DNA from: Candidatus Harpocratesius repetitus
GTDB lineage: Archaea; Asgardarchaeota; Lokiarchaeia; Sigyniarchaeales; Promethearchaeaceae
NCBI GenBank assembly: GCA_021498095.1
Contig: JAIZWK010000001.1
Span: 90,001 to 122,000, forward strand
Length of the DNA: 32,000 nucleotides
Direction of reading: 5' to 3'
Positions 1 to 10,035 of this stretch are shown here, piece by piece. The notes under the pieces are model-generated. The model was not told the origin of the DNA, ran no database searches, and saw only the letters and a list, made by a program, of their open reading frames with translations. The position numbers and the translations under genes were made by a program. Position 1 is the stretch's first letter. Every line of letters begins with the position of its first letter.

Positions 1-364
1 GATAAAAATTAGTGATTAATGTGTGACGAAGATTGTATAATCTGCCGTATGTCTTAATAACTTGAGAAACTGCATCTTTTTCAACTTCAGGATTATTTTT
101 CTTTTCTTTTTTATATGAGCCTCGTAAAATTTCATTTTTAGCACATAATCTTTTCATTCTGCAATAGGTTTCCGACAGTGTTTTATGAGCCCACTGAAAT
201 AATCTTGATTCCGTTCTATTCGATCCAAGTAATTTTTGGGTGTATTTCCATAGCAATTTTACATCTTTTACGTTCTGCAAAAAAAAGTTTGTCCGTTTCA
301 AGTACCATTTAATCTCTATGATAGAAGCTTTTTTTGACTGCGAAATAAGAACAGTAAACAGACC
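1..364 (-). CDS. Partial or possibly decayed tyrosine recombinase/integrase-like reading frame (runs off the left edge)
   Basis: Manual translation of the minus strand gives 121 stop-free codons from 364 to the edge, ending ...QVIKTYGRLYNLRHTLITNFY, resembling the box II [H/Y]xLRH[T/S] motif of tyrosine recombinases. Absent from the ORF track because no stop lies in the window. An in-frame TGA at 367-365 bounds it upstream and no TGxR box I motif is visible. Confidence 0.4.
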
Positions 365-467
365 TCATATAATAAAATTAATAATTCAACAAGACAATAA
401 TGTTTAAATTTGGTAATAAAAAACTATAATTCATCCATAAGGATAAAAAAACAATTAAGTGTTTAAA

Positions 468-1304
468 ATGAAAAATAAAAAGAGTGCTATTTTATTTAGT
501 ATAGTGTTTTTAATGTCTTTCTTTACACCAGTTTTGGCTATTATTGATGATGGTGGTGGTGGAGGCTCTACTCCACCTAATCTTTATGATTACGATGTTG
601 GTGTTATAATAACGTATTATGAGAAAAATCCAAATCCGTTTAAACCATCTATAGTTATGGCAGAATATTATCTAAAAATAAATTCTCTTTTATTTATAGA
701 ACCCGGAGATGAATACTTTTACTCATATACTACTAGCCGATATGGAACTATAAAAGCAGATTATTCAAATTTATTTGATTTCTTGACTATAAAAGAAAAT
801 TTCCAATTAGCTTTTGATTTAGTAAAAAAAAAAAAGGAAAAAGACTATTTTTCAAAAATTATGGAAAAAATTGACTTAAAAGACAGAGAAACTTATTATC
901 CTAATGAATTTAGTGCTGGACAAATTCAAAAAATTGCTTTTCTTCTGGCTATAGAAAAAGGCTCACAAATTATTCTTGCTGATGAACCAACAGGAAATTT
1001 AGATGCTAATTCTCGTGATAATTTTATGGAAATGATTAAAGATTTCAAAAAAAACATCAAAGATTCAATGATTATTATTGTTTCTCATGATCCGGCACTA
1101 ATGAAGATTGCTGATCGCCTTTTTCTTTTAGAAAATGGAAAATGTATCTCTTCTAATATAATTTCAGCTTCTATCCATGAGAACTCAAAATATCCATTCG
1201 AAATTACAAAATATAAAAAACCTTTTAATCAGAAAATTCAAAAAACTGTAAGTAAATTGAAATCACTAATTGAAGAATTAGAATTATTATCATCAGGAGA
1301 ATAG
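468..1304 (+). CDS. Chimeric ORF: signal-peptide-bearing N-terminus fused to the C-terminal half of a LolD/MacB-type ABC ATPase (no Walker A)
   Basis: N-terminus MKNKKSAILFSIVFLMSFFTPVLA (signal-like) then a GGGGGS linker; C-half has LTIKEN, degenerate signature FSAGQIQK, Walker B IILADEPTGNLD and H-loop IIVSHD. No GxxGxGK[ST] anywhere in the ORF. ATG at 468 preferred over GTG at 459. Confidence 0.7.
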   Translation: MKNKKSAILFSIVFLMSFFTPVLAIIDDGGGGGSTPPNLYDYDVGVIITYYEKNPNPFKPSIVMAEYYLKINSLLFIEPGDEYFYSYTTSRYGTIKADYSNLFDFLTIKENFQLAFDLVKKKKEKDYFSKIMEKIDLKDRETYYPNEFSAGQIQKIAFLLAIEKGSQIILADEPTGNLDANSRDNFMEMIKDFKKNIKDSMIIIVSHDPALMKIADRLFLLENGKCISSNIISASIHENSKYPFEITKYKKPFNQKIQKTVSKLKSLIEELELLSSGE

Positions 1305-1309
1305 TAACA

Positions 1310-2035
1310 TTGAAAAACGATTCGAAAAAACAAAAATATGGGAAAATTGTAGCTTTAGGTTTGATATTGCTAATCCCTTTAACAATCATGCAACAAAATC
1401 ACCTTTTTAAATCGGATTTAAGTTTAAACTCAACTAATAATATAATCGCTGCAGATATTTCCCAAAATTATTCATTTGCATATCCATTTTACTGCAAAAC
1501 CAATTTTACTTTATCAAATAGTTCAACGCTCCAATTATTGGGCACGATTCAGTATGACATTAGTGGTTTTTTTCACTTTGAGCCTGGAGATGAATTTATT
1601 ATCAATTCCACAGCTAAATATCAGCGAACACTGACTTTTTCTGGAGAAAAGCTCATTCAATGGGATAATTTTACGCTATATAATTCCACTTCTTATGATA
1701 GCAGTTATCGCATCTATCAACTTGATTTCATTGGTAATATTTTATTTCATCTGACTTCTCCTTTAGTGAATCTTAGTATAGAGTGGATATTGCAAATTTT
1801 TGACAATCAGCTTCCAGATTTTAGTACATCTATAATAGGAGTCGATTTTAATCAATATAAACTTGAAATAAAAACCACATTTAAACAAAATTGTGATCAA
1901 TACTTTACTTCATTTTCAGATGATAATGACACGTCATCACTTAGAAATCAATCTATGTACATTATTTATGCGACAATTGGAATATGCGGGCTCTTAGGCA
2001 CCAGTTTTTTTATTCTGAGAAAAAAGCTTGCTTAG
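1310..2035 (+). CDS. Membrane-anchored hypothetical protein (N-terminal signal/TM, C-terminal TM anchor)
   Basis: Hydrophobic IVALGLILLIPLTIM near the N-terminus; C-terminal IIYATIGICGLLGTSFFIL followed by RKK; several NxS/T sequons. TTG start 5 bp after the previous stop. Confidence 0.75.
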   Translation: MKNDSKKQKYGKIVALGLILLIPLTIMQQNHLFKSDLSLNSTNNIIAADISQNYSFAYPFYCKTNFTLSNSSTLQLLGTIQYDISGFFHFEPGDEFIINSTAKYQRTLTFSGEKLIQWDNFTLYNSTSYDSSYRIYQLDFIGNILFHLTSPLVNLSIEWILQIFDNQLPDFSTSIIGVDFNQYKLEIKTTFKQNCDQYFTSFSDDNDTSSLRNQSMYIIYATIGICGLLGTSFFILRKKLA

Positions 2036-2162
2036 TAAACAAAAAATAATAATCACATGAATTACAAAATAGATCGAAGTTTGAAATTAATAAAAAAAAT
2101 GTAATTAACACTAATTTCTGTTGAAAAATGTTGTAAACAATTCTTCTTTAATTTTTCCCATT

Positions 2163-3596
2163 TCAATTTTGAAACATTTTTTTTGCTTGCTTTTGAATTT
2201 CCTCTTGAGCATTTTTTTCGTCATGATAATAAGCAATAAGAATTCGATGATGTGTAGCTAAGTGTTGAATAAATGAATTATTCTTTTTTTGAAGTAATTC
2301 TATCGATTTTTTAACGCTTTTTTCATTTAATATCCAAATTGATTGTAAATCTTGATCATCTTCGATAGACTGGTTTATTGGAGGGGTAATTCTTATTGGT
2401 TTTCCAGGATCATGTCTTAAAAATGACCAATGATTTGTGATACCATTCGTTTTACTTAAATTTTCAAAAAGTTGATTTTCTTTTTCACATATTTCACCCT
2501 TTTTATCCTTTTCACCCCTTACTCTCTTTACTCCAATATTATTCTCAATACGAGTAACAGGATCATAGATATAACAATTTTTAATCGGAATTCGATTTTT
2601 TATGGTATTGTATAAATTTCTTAAATCGTCTTTTTCTGAATTATTAAGATTTTTATCAGCATGGCGTAAAAGAATCTGGATAGTTTTAAAAAATGAAGCT
2701 TCTGTCAAATTATAGAAATCTGTTTCAAACCAATCTTTATTATTTTTTTCAAAATCATTCTTTGAAGGAAGTTTAAAAGAGTTTGGAAGACTAAGATCTG
2801 CTTTTGAAAAATAATCTTCATATATCTTATGAAGAATCAAATTATAACATACTGAGGTTTTATGAATATAGACAATTTTATACATCTGATACCTCGAATA
2901 TAGGAAATCCTCAAGAGCATCTTGAGCTTTTTCAGAAAAACAGATTTTATTTTTATGTAATTTGACAAATTTGCATATCCTATTAATATCGATTTTTCCA
3001 TAAGGAACGCCTGTAAAATATGCATCTCTTAAAAGATAATCCATTCGATCAGCATCTGCTTCAGAATGCAAAAGTGGTAATAAATAAGTTAAATTTTTAA
3101 ATTCTTCATCTTTAATTGGAGCTTGGCCGGTTATATACAAGCCAATATCTTGAGGATTAAAATCATTTTGCTTTAAAATTTCTCCAATCGAACTTTTCTC
3201 TATAATGTATTTTCCAATATCTTCATGAGTAAAATTATCATATAAATTTTCAAATGTATGTGAAAAGGGTAAATGTCCACAATCATGAAGAAGTGCTGCA
3301 AGTCGCATGAATTGAATGATTTTTTCATATTTATTATTCGGCAATTCAAATTCTTCTTTTATTTCAAGCGAATATAGAAGCTTGTCCATAACATGCAAAG
3401 TTCCAAGACAATGTTGAAATCTATTATGAGTCGCACCAGGATAGACTAAGGATGTTAATCCTAATTGTGTAATATTTCGTAATCTTTGAAATATAGGTGT
3501 TGAAATAACATCAAGCTCTAATTGCGTTAATGGAATTTCTTTATGAATTGGATCCAATATATATTTCTCAGCATGTAACCCGGTTAATGTTCTCAT
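2163..3596 (-). CDS. HD-domain dNTP triphosphohydrolase-like protein (SAMHD1/YwfO/YdhJ family)
   Basis: DPIH, FQRLRNITQLGLTSLVYPGATHNRFQHCLG, AALLHDCGHLPFSHTFE, DADRMDYLLRDAYFTG, RYQMYKIVYIHK: the full conserved motif series of this family. Confidence 0.92.
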   Translation of the reverse strand: MRTLTGLHAEKYILDPIHKEIPLTQLELDVISTPIFQRLRNITQLGLTSLVYPGATHNRFQHCLGTLHVMDKLLYSLEIKEEFELPNNKYEKIIQFMRLAALLHDCGHLPFSHTFENLYDNFTHEDIGKYIIEKSSIGEILKQNDFNPQDIGLYITGQAPIKDEEFKNLTYLLPLLHSEADADRMDYLLRDAYFTGVPYGKIDINRICKFVKLHKNKICFSEKAQDALEDFLYSRYQMYKIVYIHKTSVCYNLILHKIYEDYFSKADLSLPNSFKLPSKNDFEKNNKDWFETDFYNLTEASFFKTIQILLRHADKNLNNSEKDDLRNLYNTIKNRIPIKNCYIYDPVTRIENNIGVKRVRGEKDKKGEICEKENQLFENLSKTNGITNHWSFLRHDPGKPIRITPPINQSIEDDQDLQSIWILNEKSVKKSIELLQKKNNSFIQHLATHHRILIAYYHDEKNAQEEIQKQAKKMFQN

Positions 3597-3708
3597 TTTA
3601 ATGATTGATTGTTTGCATCAATTTTTTGAATTGTTATTAACTTATATGTAAGAAAATGGGAATAATTGAAATTTACTCAATTTTATCAATATATACAATA
3701 TAAGATTA

Positions 3709-4230
3709 CTAAATATATCCAAACTCAGAAAGATTATTTAGAATTATTTTAAATTCCTCATCATTAATTTTACTTTTCAATTCTGGCTTAAATTCATTAA
3801 ATTTTTGCTCGATCTTTGATCTATCGTAATCAACTTGCTCAGAGATATATACAATTGTAGCCAACATTTCAAATAATTCCTCTGGAAGAATGCCATTATT
3901 TAGAACATCAATTTTCTCTTTAAATTCTTTAAAATGCTTAATAACGTTAATTTCTTCTTCATCCAATATATCTTGAGATTCACCTTCTTCTAATACTATT
4001 GAAAAATCATTCATGTAATATAACATATGAGCGATTTCTGAACTATAAGGTCCACGCAAATAAAAATTCCACTTATAGGCCAATGAAAGCTTTGGGTTTG
4101 TTCTCCCATGTGTAAGAAGGTACAATGTTTTTTGAACAATAATTCGATTTGAAAATTTTACAGGATATTTATAAAAATGTTCTTTATTTAAAGCATCAAG
4201 AATAATTCGATATAGTTTACGATCAAGCAT
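3709..4230 (-). CDS. YwgA/DUF4065 (Panacea/SocA-like) family protein
   Basis: RIIVQKTLYLL and YKWNFYLRGPYSSEI match the QKxxY and YGPYS motifs of YwgA-type proteins; C-terminal FEMLATIVY; directly upstream of the HD gene, as in the Bacillus ywfO/ywgA neighbourhood. Confidence 0.7.
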   Translation of the reverse strand: MLDRKLYRIILDALNKEHFYKYPVKFSNRIIVQKTLYLLTHGRTNPKLSLAYKWNFYLRGPYSSEIAHMLYYMNDFSIVLEEGESQDILDEEEINVIKHFKEFKEKIDVLNNGILPEELFEMLATIVYISEQVDYDRSKIEQKFNEFKPELKSKINDEEFKIILNNLSEFGYI

Positions 4231-4846
4231 ATATTTATTCCTATTCCTTTCTTCCTTATAATTCTATGAGATTGGCAGTTTAATACAATTTCATATAAAT
4301 TTCCAAGATCATTTGTTTTTTTAGTTTATTGGATTAAAAATGATGACTTATTCATAGTAATTATCTTGATTTTAAAAAATAGAAAAGATTTTCATATAAA
4401 GTCTAAATAATTCTTTCAATTTTCAATCCAAATATTAATCGCTTATCTCTATTTTAATTTAGGTTCATATCATACTGAAGAAAACCTCCCGGAATTAGAA
4501 AAAATAAGAGATTTTTTAATCAAACGAAATTTCTCAAATACATCTCTTGCTTCAGATTATAATAATTTCAAAATTAAACCTCCCAGTTTAATAATAGATT
4601 CCATTTAATCAGACCTTATGGACCAACAAGAGGTAAATATTTTTCAATATAATGATATATCTGAAGTTGCAGAATACTGTTTCATATATATTAAAAATAA
4701 TTCCCTAAATGATTAATTTTTCAAAAAAAAAGATAATTTAGAACCTAAATTACCCTAATATTGAGATAACTAAAGATATTATAGAATTAGAAGTCCTTTT
4801 TCTTGAAATCTTAAAGTTCAATGAAAGAAAATTATTAAATAGACCT

Positions 4847-6775
4847 TTGTTCAAAGTACTATTCGAAAATCAAAAGGTTTCTGCAATGCCCAGTAAAATT
4901 TCAAAAATTCTTTCGGGATATAAAACTTCTTTAGAACATGCGAAAAAATTATATGAAGATGAATATAATTTACGAATGGATAATGCATTGCAGTTTTATA
5001 ATGAATTTCTAAAAGACAAAATATACGATTTCAGTAACATTAACGATTCAAATTCTCCAAAATATCAAAGAATTGTTGATAATCTCAGAAAGATTGCGGA
5101 AAAAATTAAGTTTGTAGCCATTGACGGAACCTGTTTTAAAGAAAAACTAGATCCGTACCTTGTTTTCTTTTCTTGTGCCTATGCTGTCCGAGGGAATATT
5201 GATCTAAATGTAGACAAATACTCTGTAAAATATGAGAAGTGGAGCATGAAGGAAGATAAAAGTGTTGTTTCCTACTTACCCGTTCCTTACGCAGATCTCT
5301 CAAATTTCTTATCTGAAGATGAAATGGGGGTAAGCGACAACCATAAAATAGATTTTATTAATATTCATTTGGATTTAATGAAACTGGCCGAATTATACCT
5401 GGCTTATTCTTTAATAAAAACCGACCTGCGACCTAATATTATACTACTTGATCAATCAATCAGTTCCTCATTTAATGCTCAAGGAATAGGACGAAAATCC
5501 GGTAAGAACATAATAAAATTTCTCAACCATGATCTATTTGGAGTTACAATAAATGAAAACGATGTAAATATTGCCTATTCCCACCCATATAATAATGATT
5601 TAGACATTCCACCTCCAAAAAATTTTAATTTAGGGCATTATCTTATGAGAATCTTAACGATTTCACCGAAAGGATCAATATCATTTAAAGAATTATTGAG
5701 AAAAATACCAAATTGGGATAATTTAGATGAAACACAAAGAATAAGACAAATTAAAAACAGAATCACAAAATATGTTAATATAATTCCAAAAGATCCGCTT
5801 ATTATTATTGATAATACCCAGAATCAAATCAAAATTAATCCAAAATACTACAATTCTTGGCAACGCACGTCTCACCTTTTTGAATCAGTCTGTAGGTCTT
5901 TGTTTGAAGAAAAGGAATCGGAAGTGAATTCAGGAATGGTTTACACCACAATCGAAGACGGAAAGCTGCAAAAACACTGGTTTACACCGGATGATATTCG
6001 TTTCTTCATTGCTGTTGCCTATCGAAAATTAATTGAAGCGTGTTGGGAGCATTCAATCTTTTTAATTGGAATTGCCAAAGATTCCAGCACTGCATATTTC
6101 AGTAAAAACTATTTTGATGTCTTTCGAGATTACGGTTTTGGGAACGACTTTGAAAAATATAAATTCAATAATAGTTTAGACAAGCTTCCTTGGACGGATC
6201 GTTTATTACTTGAAGGCATTGCATACTGCAATCCAAAAATTAACAGCCCTTGGTCCACTTTGGAAATGGATTCAGCAATAATTACCCTTCGCAATTCATA
6301 CAATCATTTATTAGCAAAAGCTCCCATCATCCATGGATCCGGAGAAAATCACAATATCTACTACCCTGAAAAAATTTTTCTACGCTCTCTTGCACAGTTT
6401 TATCTTAACAGATCCAAATTGATACCTATTGCAGGACATGTAATATTTATCGATCGGTTACTGCTTCCAAAATACGACAAGCAGTTAAATTTAGTCTCAT
6501 TAGGTTCACCCAGCGGAATGGAAGTTGTTTTTTTTGAAAACAATACCAAAAGTAATCCTGTTCAAGAAATTATAATGTTTCTTCTTAATATTTTGACAAA
6601 AAATCTTTTTCCTGAAGTTATTGGATACCCAGATCCTTTACATAAAGCAGATTGGGGAGCTAAAACATTAGGTCAAAAAATATTACCCATTATTCGTTCA
6701 TCACAGTATCTTTTAAAACAAAACCCATTAACTAAAACTTTACGCAAATTACGCCAAGAAGGCGGAGGAAGATAA
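4847..6775 (+). CDS. nurA: NurA-domain 5'-3' nuclease, enlarged (642 aa)
   Basis: FVAIDGT (first catalytic Asp), IILLDQS (second Asp), IGIAKDS, C-terminal GYPDPLHKAD. Start may be TTG 4847 or ATG 4886. Confidence 0.85.
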   Translation: MFKVLFENQKVSAMPSKISKILSGYKTSLEHAKKLYEDEYNLRMDNALQFYNEFLKDKIYDFSNINDSNSPKYQRIVDNLRKIAEKIKFVAIDGTCFKEKLDPYLVFFSCAYAVRGNIDLNVDKYSVKYEKWSMKEDKSVVSYLPVPYADLSNFLSEDEMGVSDNHKIDFINIHLDLMKLAELYLAYSLIKTDLRPNIILLDQSISSSFNAQGIGRKSGKNIIKFLNHDLFGVTINENDVNIAYSHPYNNDLDIPPPKNFNLGHYLMRILTISPKGSISFKELLRKIPNWDNLDETQRIRQIKNRITKYVNIIPKDPLIIIDNTQNQIKINPKYYNSWQRTSHLFESVCRSLFEEKESEVNSGMVYTTIEDGKLQKHWFTPDDIRFFIAVAYRKLIEACWEHSIFLIGIAKDSSTAYFSKNYFDVFRDYGFGNDFEKYKFNNSLDKLPWTDRLLLEGIAYCNPKINSPWSTLEMDSAIITLRNSYNHLLAKAPIIHGSGENHNIYYPEKIFLRSLAQFYLNRSKLIPIAGHVIFIDRLLLPKYDKQLNLVSLGSPSGMEVVFFENNTKSNPVQEIIMFLLNILTKNLFPEVIGYPDPLHKADWGAKTLGQKILPIIRSSQYLLKQNPLTKTLRKLRQEGGGR

Positions 6776-6777
6776 CA

Positions 6778-8769
6778 ATGTTTAATCCATTTGAAAAATT
6801 GGCAAATAATGCTTATGGGCGTTTGATGCAAATCCAAGATTTACCGGATGGTACAATAATTTATGAAGTTTGGTTTGATTACTGCCAAGAACTCTACAAT
6901 CAAATTAATGTAGGTTCATTTCTAGCGATTAAAAATTTCACTTTAGGGAATAAACCGGACCAAATTCATTACAGCATTCTTAAAATCATTAAAAAAATGC
7001 CCACACATTATGCAATGTTGGAAAATCTTCATAAAGGATATCCGGCATTTTCTGAAGAAGCTGCGCGCAGCATTCGAGATTCATTTACCGACCAAATTTC
7101 CCAATCAGATGAAGATCTTTCAAAAATTGTAGTTACAGCGGTTTCAACTAATTATGAATTTATATATCATGATAAACTCCAATCAATTAAAGATTTTGAA
7201 GTGATCCTTGAAAGTAATATAGCAATCTATGGAGAAGAAGCAAAAATACTTAGTAAGGATGCAGTACAAAAAATAATTAATAGAAATTTCACTTTAGATG
7301 CCCCTGAAATTGTATCTATAGGAACAATGAAAGAAAATGAAGAAGTCCAAGTTCTAATAGATATCGAAAAAGCATTAAAAACTCATTTCGGAATTTTTGG
7401 ATTTACAGGAGTTGGAAAAAGCAATTTACTCAGTACATTTATCTCAAAAATTTTTGAGAAAAAGGAACATATTCATAAAATTTTATTTTTTGATCTTATG
7501 GATGAATATCTCGGTCTTCTTTTAGATCTGTTCTTTAATAAAAATCTTAACTGCTATTATGTATATATTGATCATAAAGATTTAAGCCGAGATGAACGAG
7601 ATTATTTCACAACTCTTGATTGGTCTGACAGTATCTGCAATCAAATTTATCATCAAATGGTGTTACCTCGCGATATTAAAATAAACGATCAATACGCAGA
7701 TGAAATTAAAAAATTAATTAAAGCAATGTATCTAAACAGAAAAGTTAAAGTCATTGGCACAGTGGAAACTGTTGATAAATGGTTTGAAAAGAAACTAGAA
7801 TCAGTTCCGACTAAAATACAAAAGAAATATCTCTTATTTTCTGATCTAAAAAAATTATTAAAAAATCAAGGAATCGACATGAATGCCAGCATAACTGAAG
7901 AAATTCGGAAAAAAATAATTCCAATTTTAGAAAATCCTCCATTTTACTCAAAAACTCACTCAACATCAAAGAAAAAACAAAAAGAAGCCAACCAAGCCCA
8001 TTCAGCTAAGCAGTCTACAATTGAAGGTGGATTAATATCTGAAGATAAGAAAACTAAAAAAGCGAATACATTTCATTTAGCGAAAGATTTTGAAAAAAAT
8101 AGCTGGATTCAGTACAGAGAATTACTAATTTCTTATATTAAAAAGGATTCAATCATCAATTATTCAAATTATGGGGATTTTGTAATTAGCATGGAACAAA
8201 TCATTAAAGATACGGATGATGAATCAAAATCTTCTCTTTATATCTTCAGCGCCAATCGCGATTCACAACTAAGGGAGTTTCTAAACGAAATCGGATCAAA
8301 AATCTACGATCACCGAAAAGAAGAAGGAAAAATCAGCCCTATTACTTCACTTATATTCGATGAAGCGGATACATTTATACCCCAGTCTGAGGGAAAAGAT
8401 GAAAGTATCTCACTGTCTAAACAGATGATCGAGCAGTATGCAAGACGAGGTCGTAAATTTGGATTGGGAATCGGATTGGCAACTCAACGGGTGACCTATC
8501 TTGATACTACAATACTAGGACAGCTTCATACCTATTTTGTCAGTAAACTTCCGAGAAAATCGGACAGAGATCGTATTAAAGAAGCTTTTTCTTTTTCTGA
8601 TGAAGAATTAAATGAAACATTCCGTTATGGAAAAGGTAATTGGCTGTTAGTCAGTCATGAAGGGATGGGAATAGAAGGTGTGCCTTTATCCATTAAAAGT
8701 GAAAATGCAAATGATCGTCTTATTCAATTTTTCTTGGATCTCAGAAAAAGAATGACAGAATCTGAATAA
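6778..8769 (+). CDS. herA: HerA-like ATPase/DNA translocase (DUF87 family)
   Basis: Walker A HFGIFGFTGVGKSN, Walker B LIFDEADTF, arginine finger RRGRKFG, ATQR motif; N-terminal beta-rich HAS-barrel-like region; starts 2 bp after the nurA stop. Confidence 0.92.
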   Translation: MFNPFEKLANNAYGRLMQIQDLPDGTIIYEVWFDYCQELYNQINVGSFLAIKNFTLGNKPDQIHYSILKIIKKMPTHYAMLENLHKGYPAFSEEAARSIRDSFTDQISQSDEDLSKIVVTAVSTNYEFIYHDKLQSIKDFEVILESNIAIYGEEAKILSKDAVQKIINRNFTLDAPEIVSIGTMKENEEVQVLIDIEKALKTHFGIFGFTGVGKSNLLSTFISKIFEKKEHIHKILFFDLMDEYLGLLLDLFFNKNLNCYYVYIDHKDLSRDERDYFTTLDWSDSICNQIYHQMVLPRDIKINDQYADEIKKLIKAMYLNRKVKVIGTVETVDKWFEKKLESVPTKIQKKYLLFSDLKKLLKNQGIDMNASITEEIRKKIIPILENPPFYSKTHSTSKKKQKEANQAHSAKQSTIEGGLISEDKKTKKANTFHLAKDFEKNSWIQYRELLISYIKKDSIINYSNYGDFVISMEQIIKDTDDESKSSLYIFSANRDSQLREFLNEIGSKIYDHRKEEGKISPITSLIFDEADTFIPQSEGKDESISLSKQMIEQYARRGRKFGLGIGLATQRVTYLDTTILGQLHTYFVSKLPRKSDRDRIKEAFSFSDEELNETFRYGKGNWLLVSHEGMGIEGVPLSIKSENANDRLIQFFLDLRKRMTESE

Positions 8770-8846
8770 TATTAAAAATATCATTTAATTTATCAGAAAT
8801 AAGGTTTTTTTCTATAATACAAAAGCTCATCAGAAAGAAGTTTAAC

Positions 8847-10022
8847 ATGACATCTATCGAAATCTTTGAGGATTCTTCTGAAAAGGAATCAATTTCAAAT
8901 GTTTTAGTACCTAATTCAGCAATGGACGATATTCGAATTATTGATATTTTTTCTGGAGTAGGAGGTCTTTCATATGGATTCCACTCACAAGGTTATAATA
9001 TTCTCACAGCAGTTGATTTTGACCCTCATGCACTTAAAACCTATTCCAGACACTTTCATACAAAATATGAGACTATATGTGAAGATTTAACTAAAAAATC
9101 AATTTTAAGTCTAGCTAATCAGCAAAAAATTCCTGTTAAATCAATTGATCTCCTAATCGGAGGACCTCCATGTCAAGGATTTTCATTTGCAAACCGCCAT
9201 GGGGAAAATTCAAAAATAGAAAAAAGAAATTTAATCCATAGTTTTAAGTCGAATCTGAAAAATTTAAAACCCACCTTTTTCCTCATGGAAAATGTTGCTG
9301 GAATTAAATTAGGCAGCAATCAAATATATTTAAAAAAATTTTTAGAAGAGATTAAAAATTTAGGTTACGAATTTCGAGAATTTGAAATTAACTGTCTGCA
9401 TTTCGGTATTCCGCAGATACGAAACAGGTATTTACTGCTTGGATCATTAAAATCTGAAGGACGAGATTTGGAAAAAATAGTCTTACCCAAAGGAGATAGA
9501 AAAATTACCTTAAAGAAAGCAATTTCTGATCTTCCTAAAGTTCAAAATGGAAATAAAACGGATATTCTTCCTTATCAAATACAAAATTACTCCGAACTTT
9601 CCAATTATCAGAAAATGATGAGAAAATATAATATCCAAACTCACGTATCGAATAACACAGCTACACGTAATCAACCCTATGTTATTGAACGGTTTACTCA
9701 AATTAAACCTGGTGGAAATTGGCGCAGTATTCGACATATGCTGCATAATTATCGTAATGTGGATAACTGCCACAGTTCAATTTACCGTCGTTTACAATGG
9801 AACCAACCTTCAATTACGATTACAAATTTTCGGAAGAATATGATTATTCATCCTTCAGAAAATCGACTTCTTACCGTTCGTGAGGCTGCCCGGATTCAAT
9901 CCTTTCCGGATCATTTCGTTTTTCTCGGTCCGAAAAGTGTGCAGGAACAGCATGTAGCCAATGCCGTGCCGCCCCTAGTGTCGGAATTTTTTGCAAAAGA
10001 AATTAAAAAACATTGGTACTAA
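8847..10022 (+). CDS. dcm: DNA (cytosine-5) methyltransferase
   Basis: Motif I IDIFSGVGG, motif IV GGPPCQGFS, motif VI MENV, motif VIII PQIRNR, motif IX LTVREAARIQSFPD, motif X NAVPP. Alternative start ATG 8922. Confidence 0.97.
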   Translation: MTSIEIFEDSSEKESISNVLVPNSAMDDIRIIDIFSGVGGLSYGFHSQGYNILTAVDFDPHALKTYSRHFHTKYETICEDLTKKSILSLANQQKIPVKSIDLLIGGPPCQGFSFANRHGENSKIEKRNLIHSFKSNLKNLKPTFFLMENVAGIKLGSNQIYLKKFLEEIKNLGYEFREFEINCLHFGIPQIRNRYLLLGSLKSEGRDLEKIVLPKGDRKITLKKAISDLPKVQNGNKTDILPYQIQNYSELSNYQKMMRKYNIQTHVSNNTATRNQPYVIERFTQIKPGGNWRSIRHMLHNYRNVDNCHSSIYRRLQWNQPSITITNFRKNMIIHPSENRLLTVREAARIQSFPDHFVFLGPKSVQEQHVANAVPPLVSEFFAKEIKKHWY

Positions 10023-10035
10023 CCATCTTTGACCT

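Noticed and set aside
2837-3025. 62-aa minus-strand ORF
   Set aside because: Nested out of frame within the HD gene; no motifs.
4847-8769. Interpreting nurA-herA as the canonical DSB-resection operon
   Set aside because: No mre11 or rad50 adjacent, NurA is enlarged, and neighbours are an MTase and a mismatch glycosylase.
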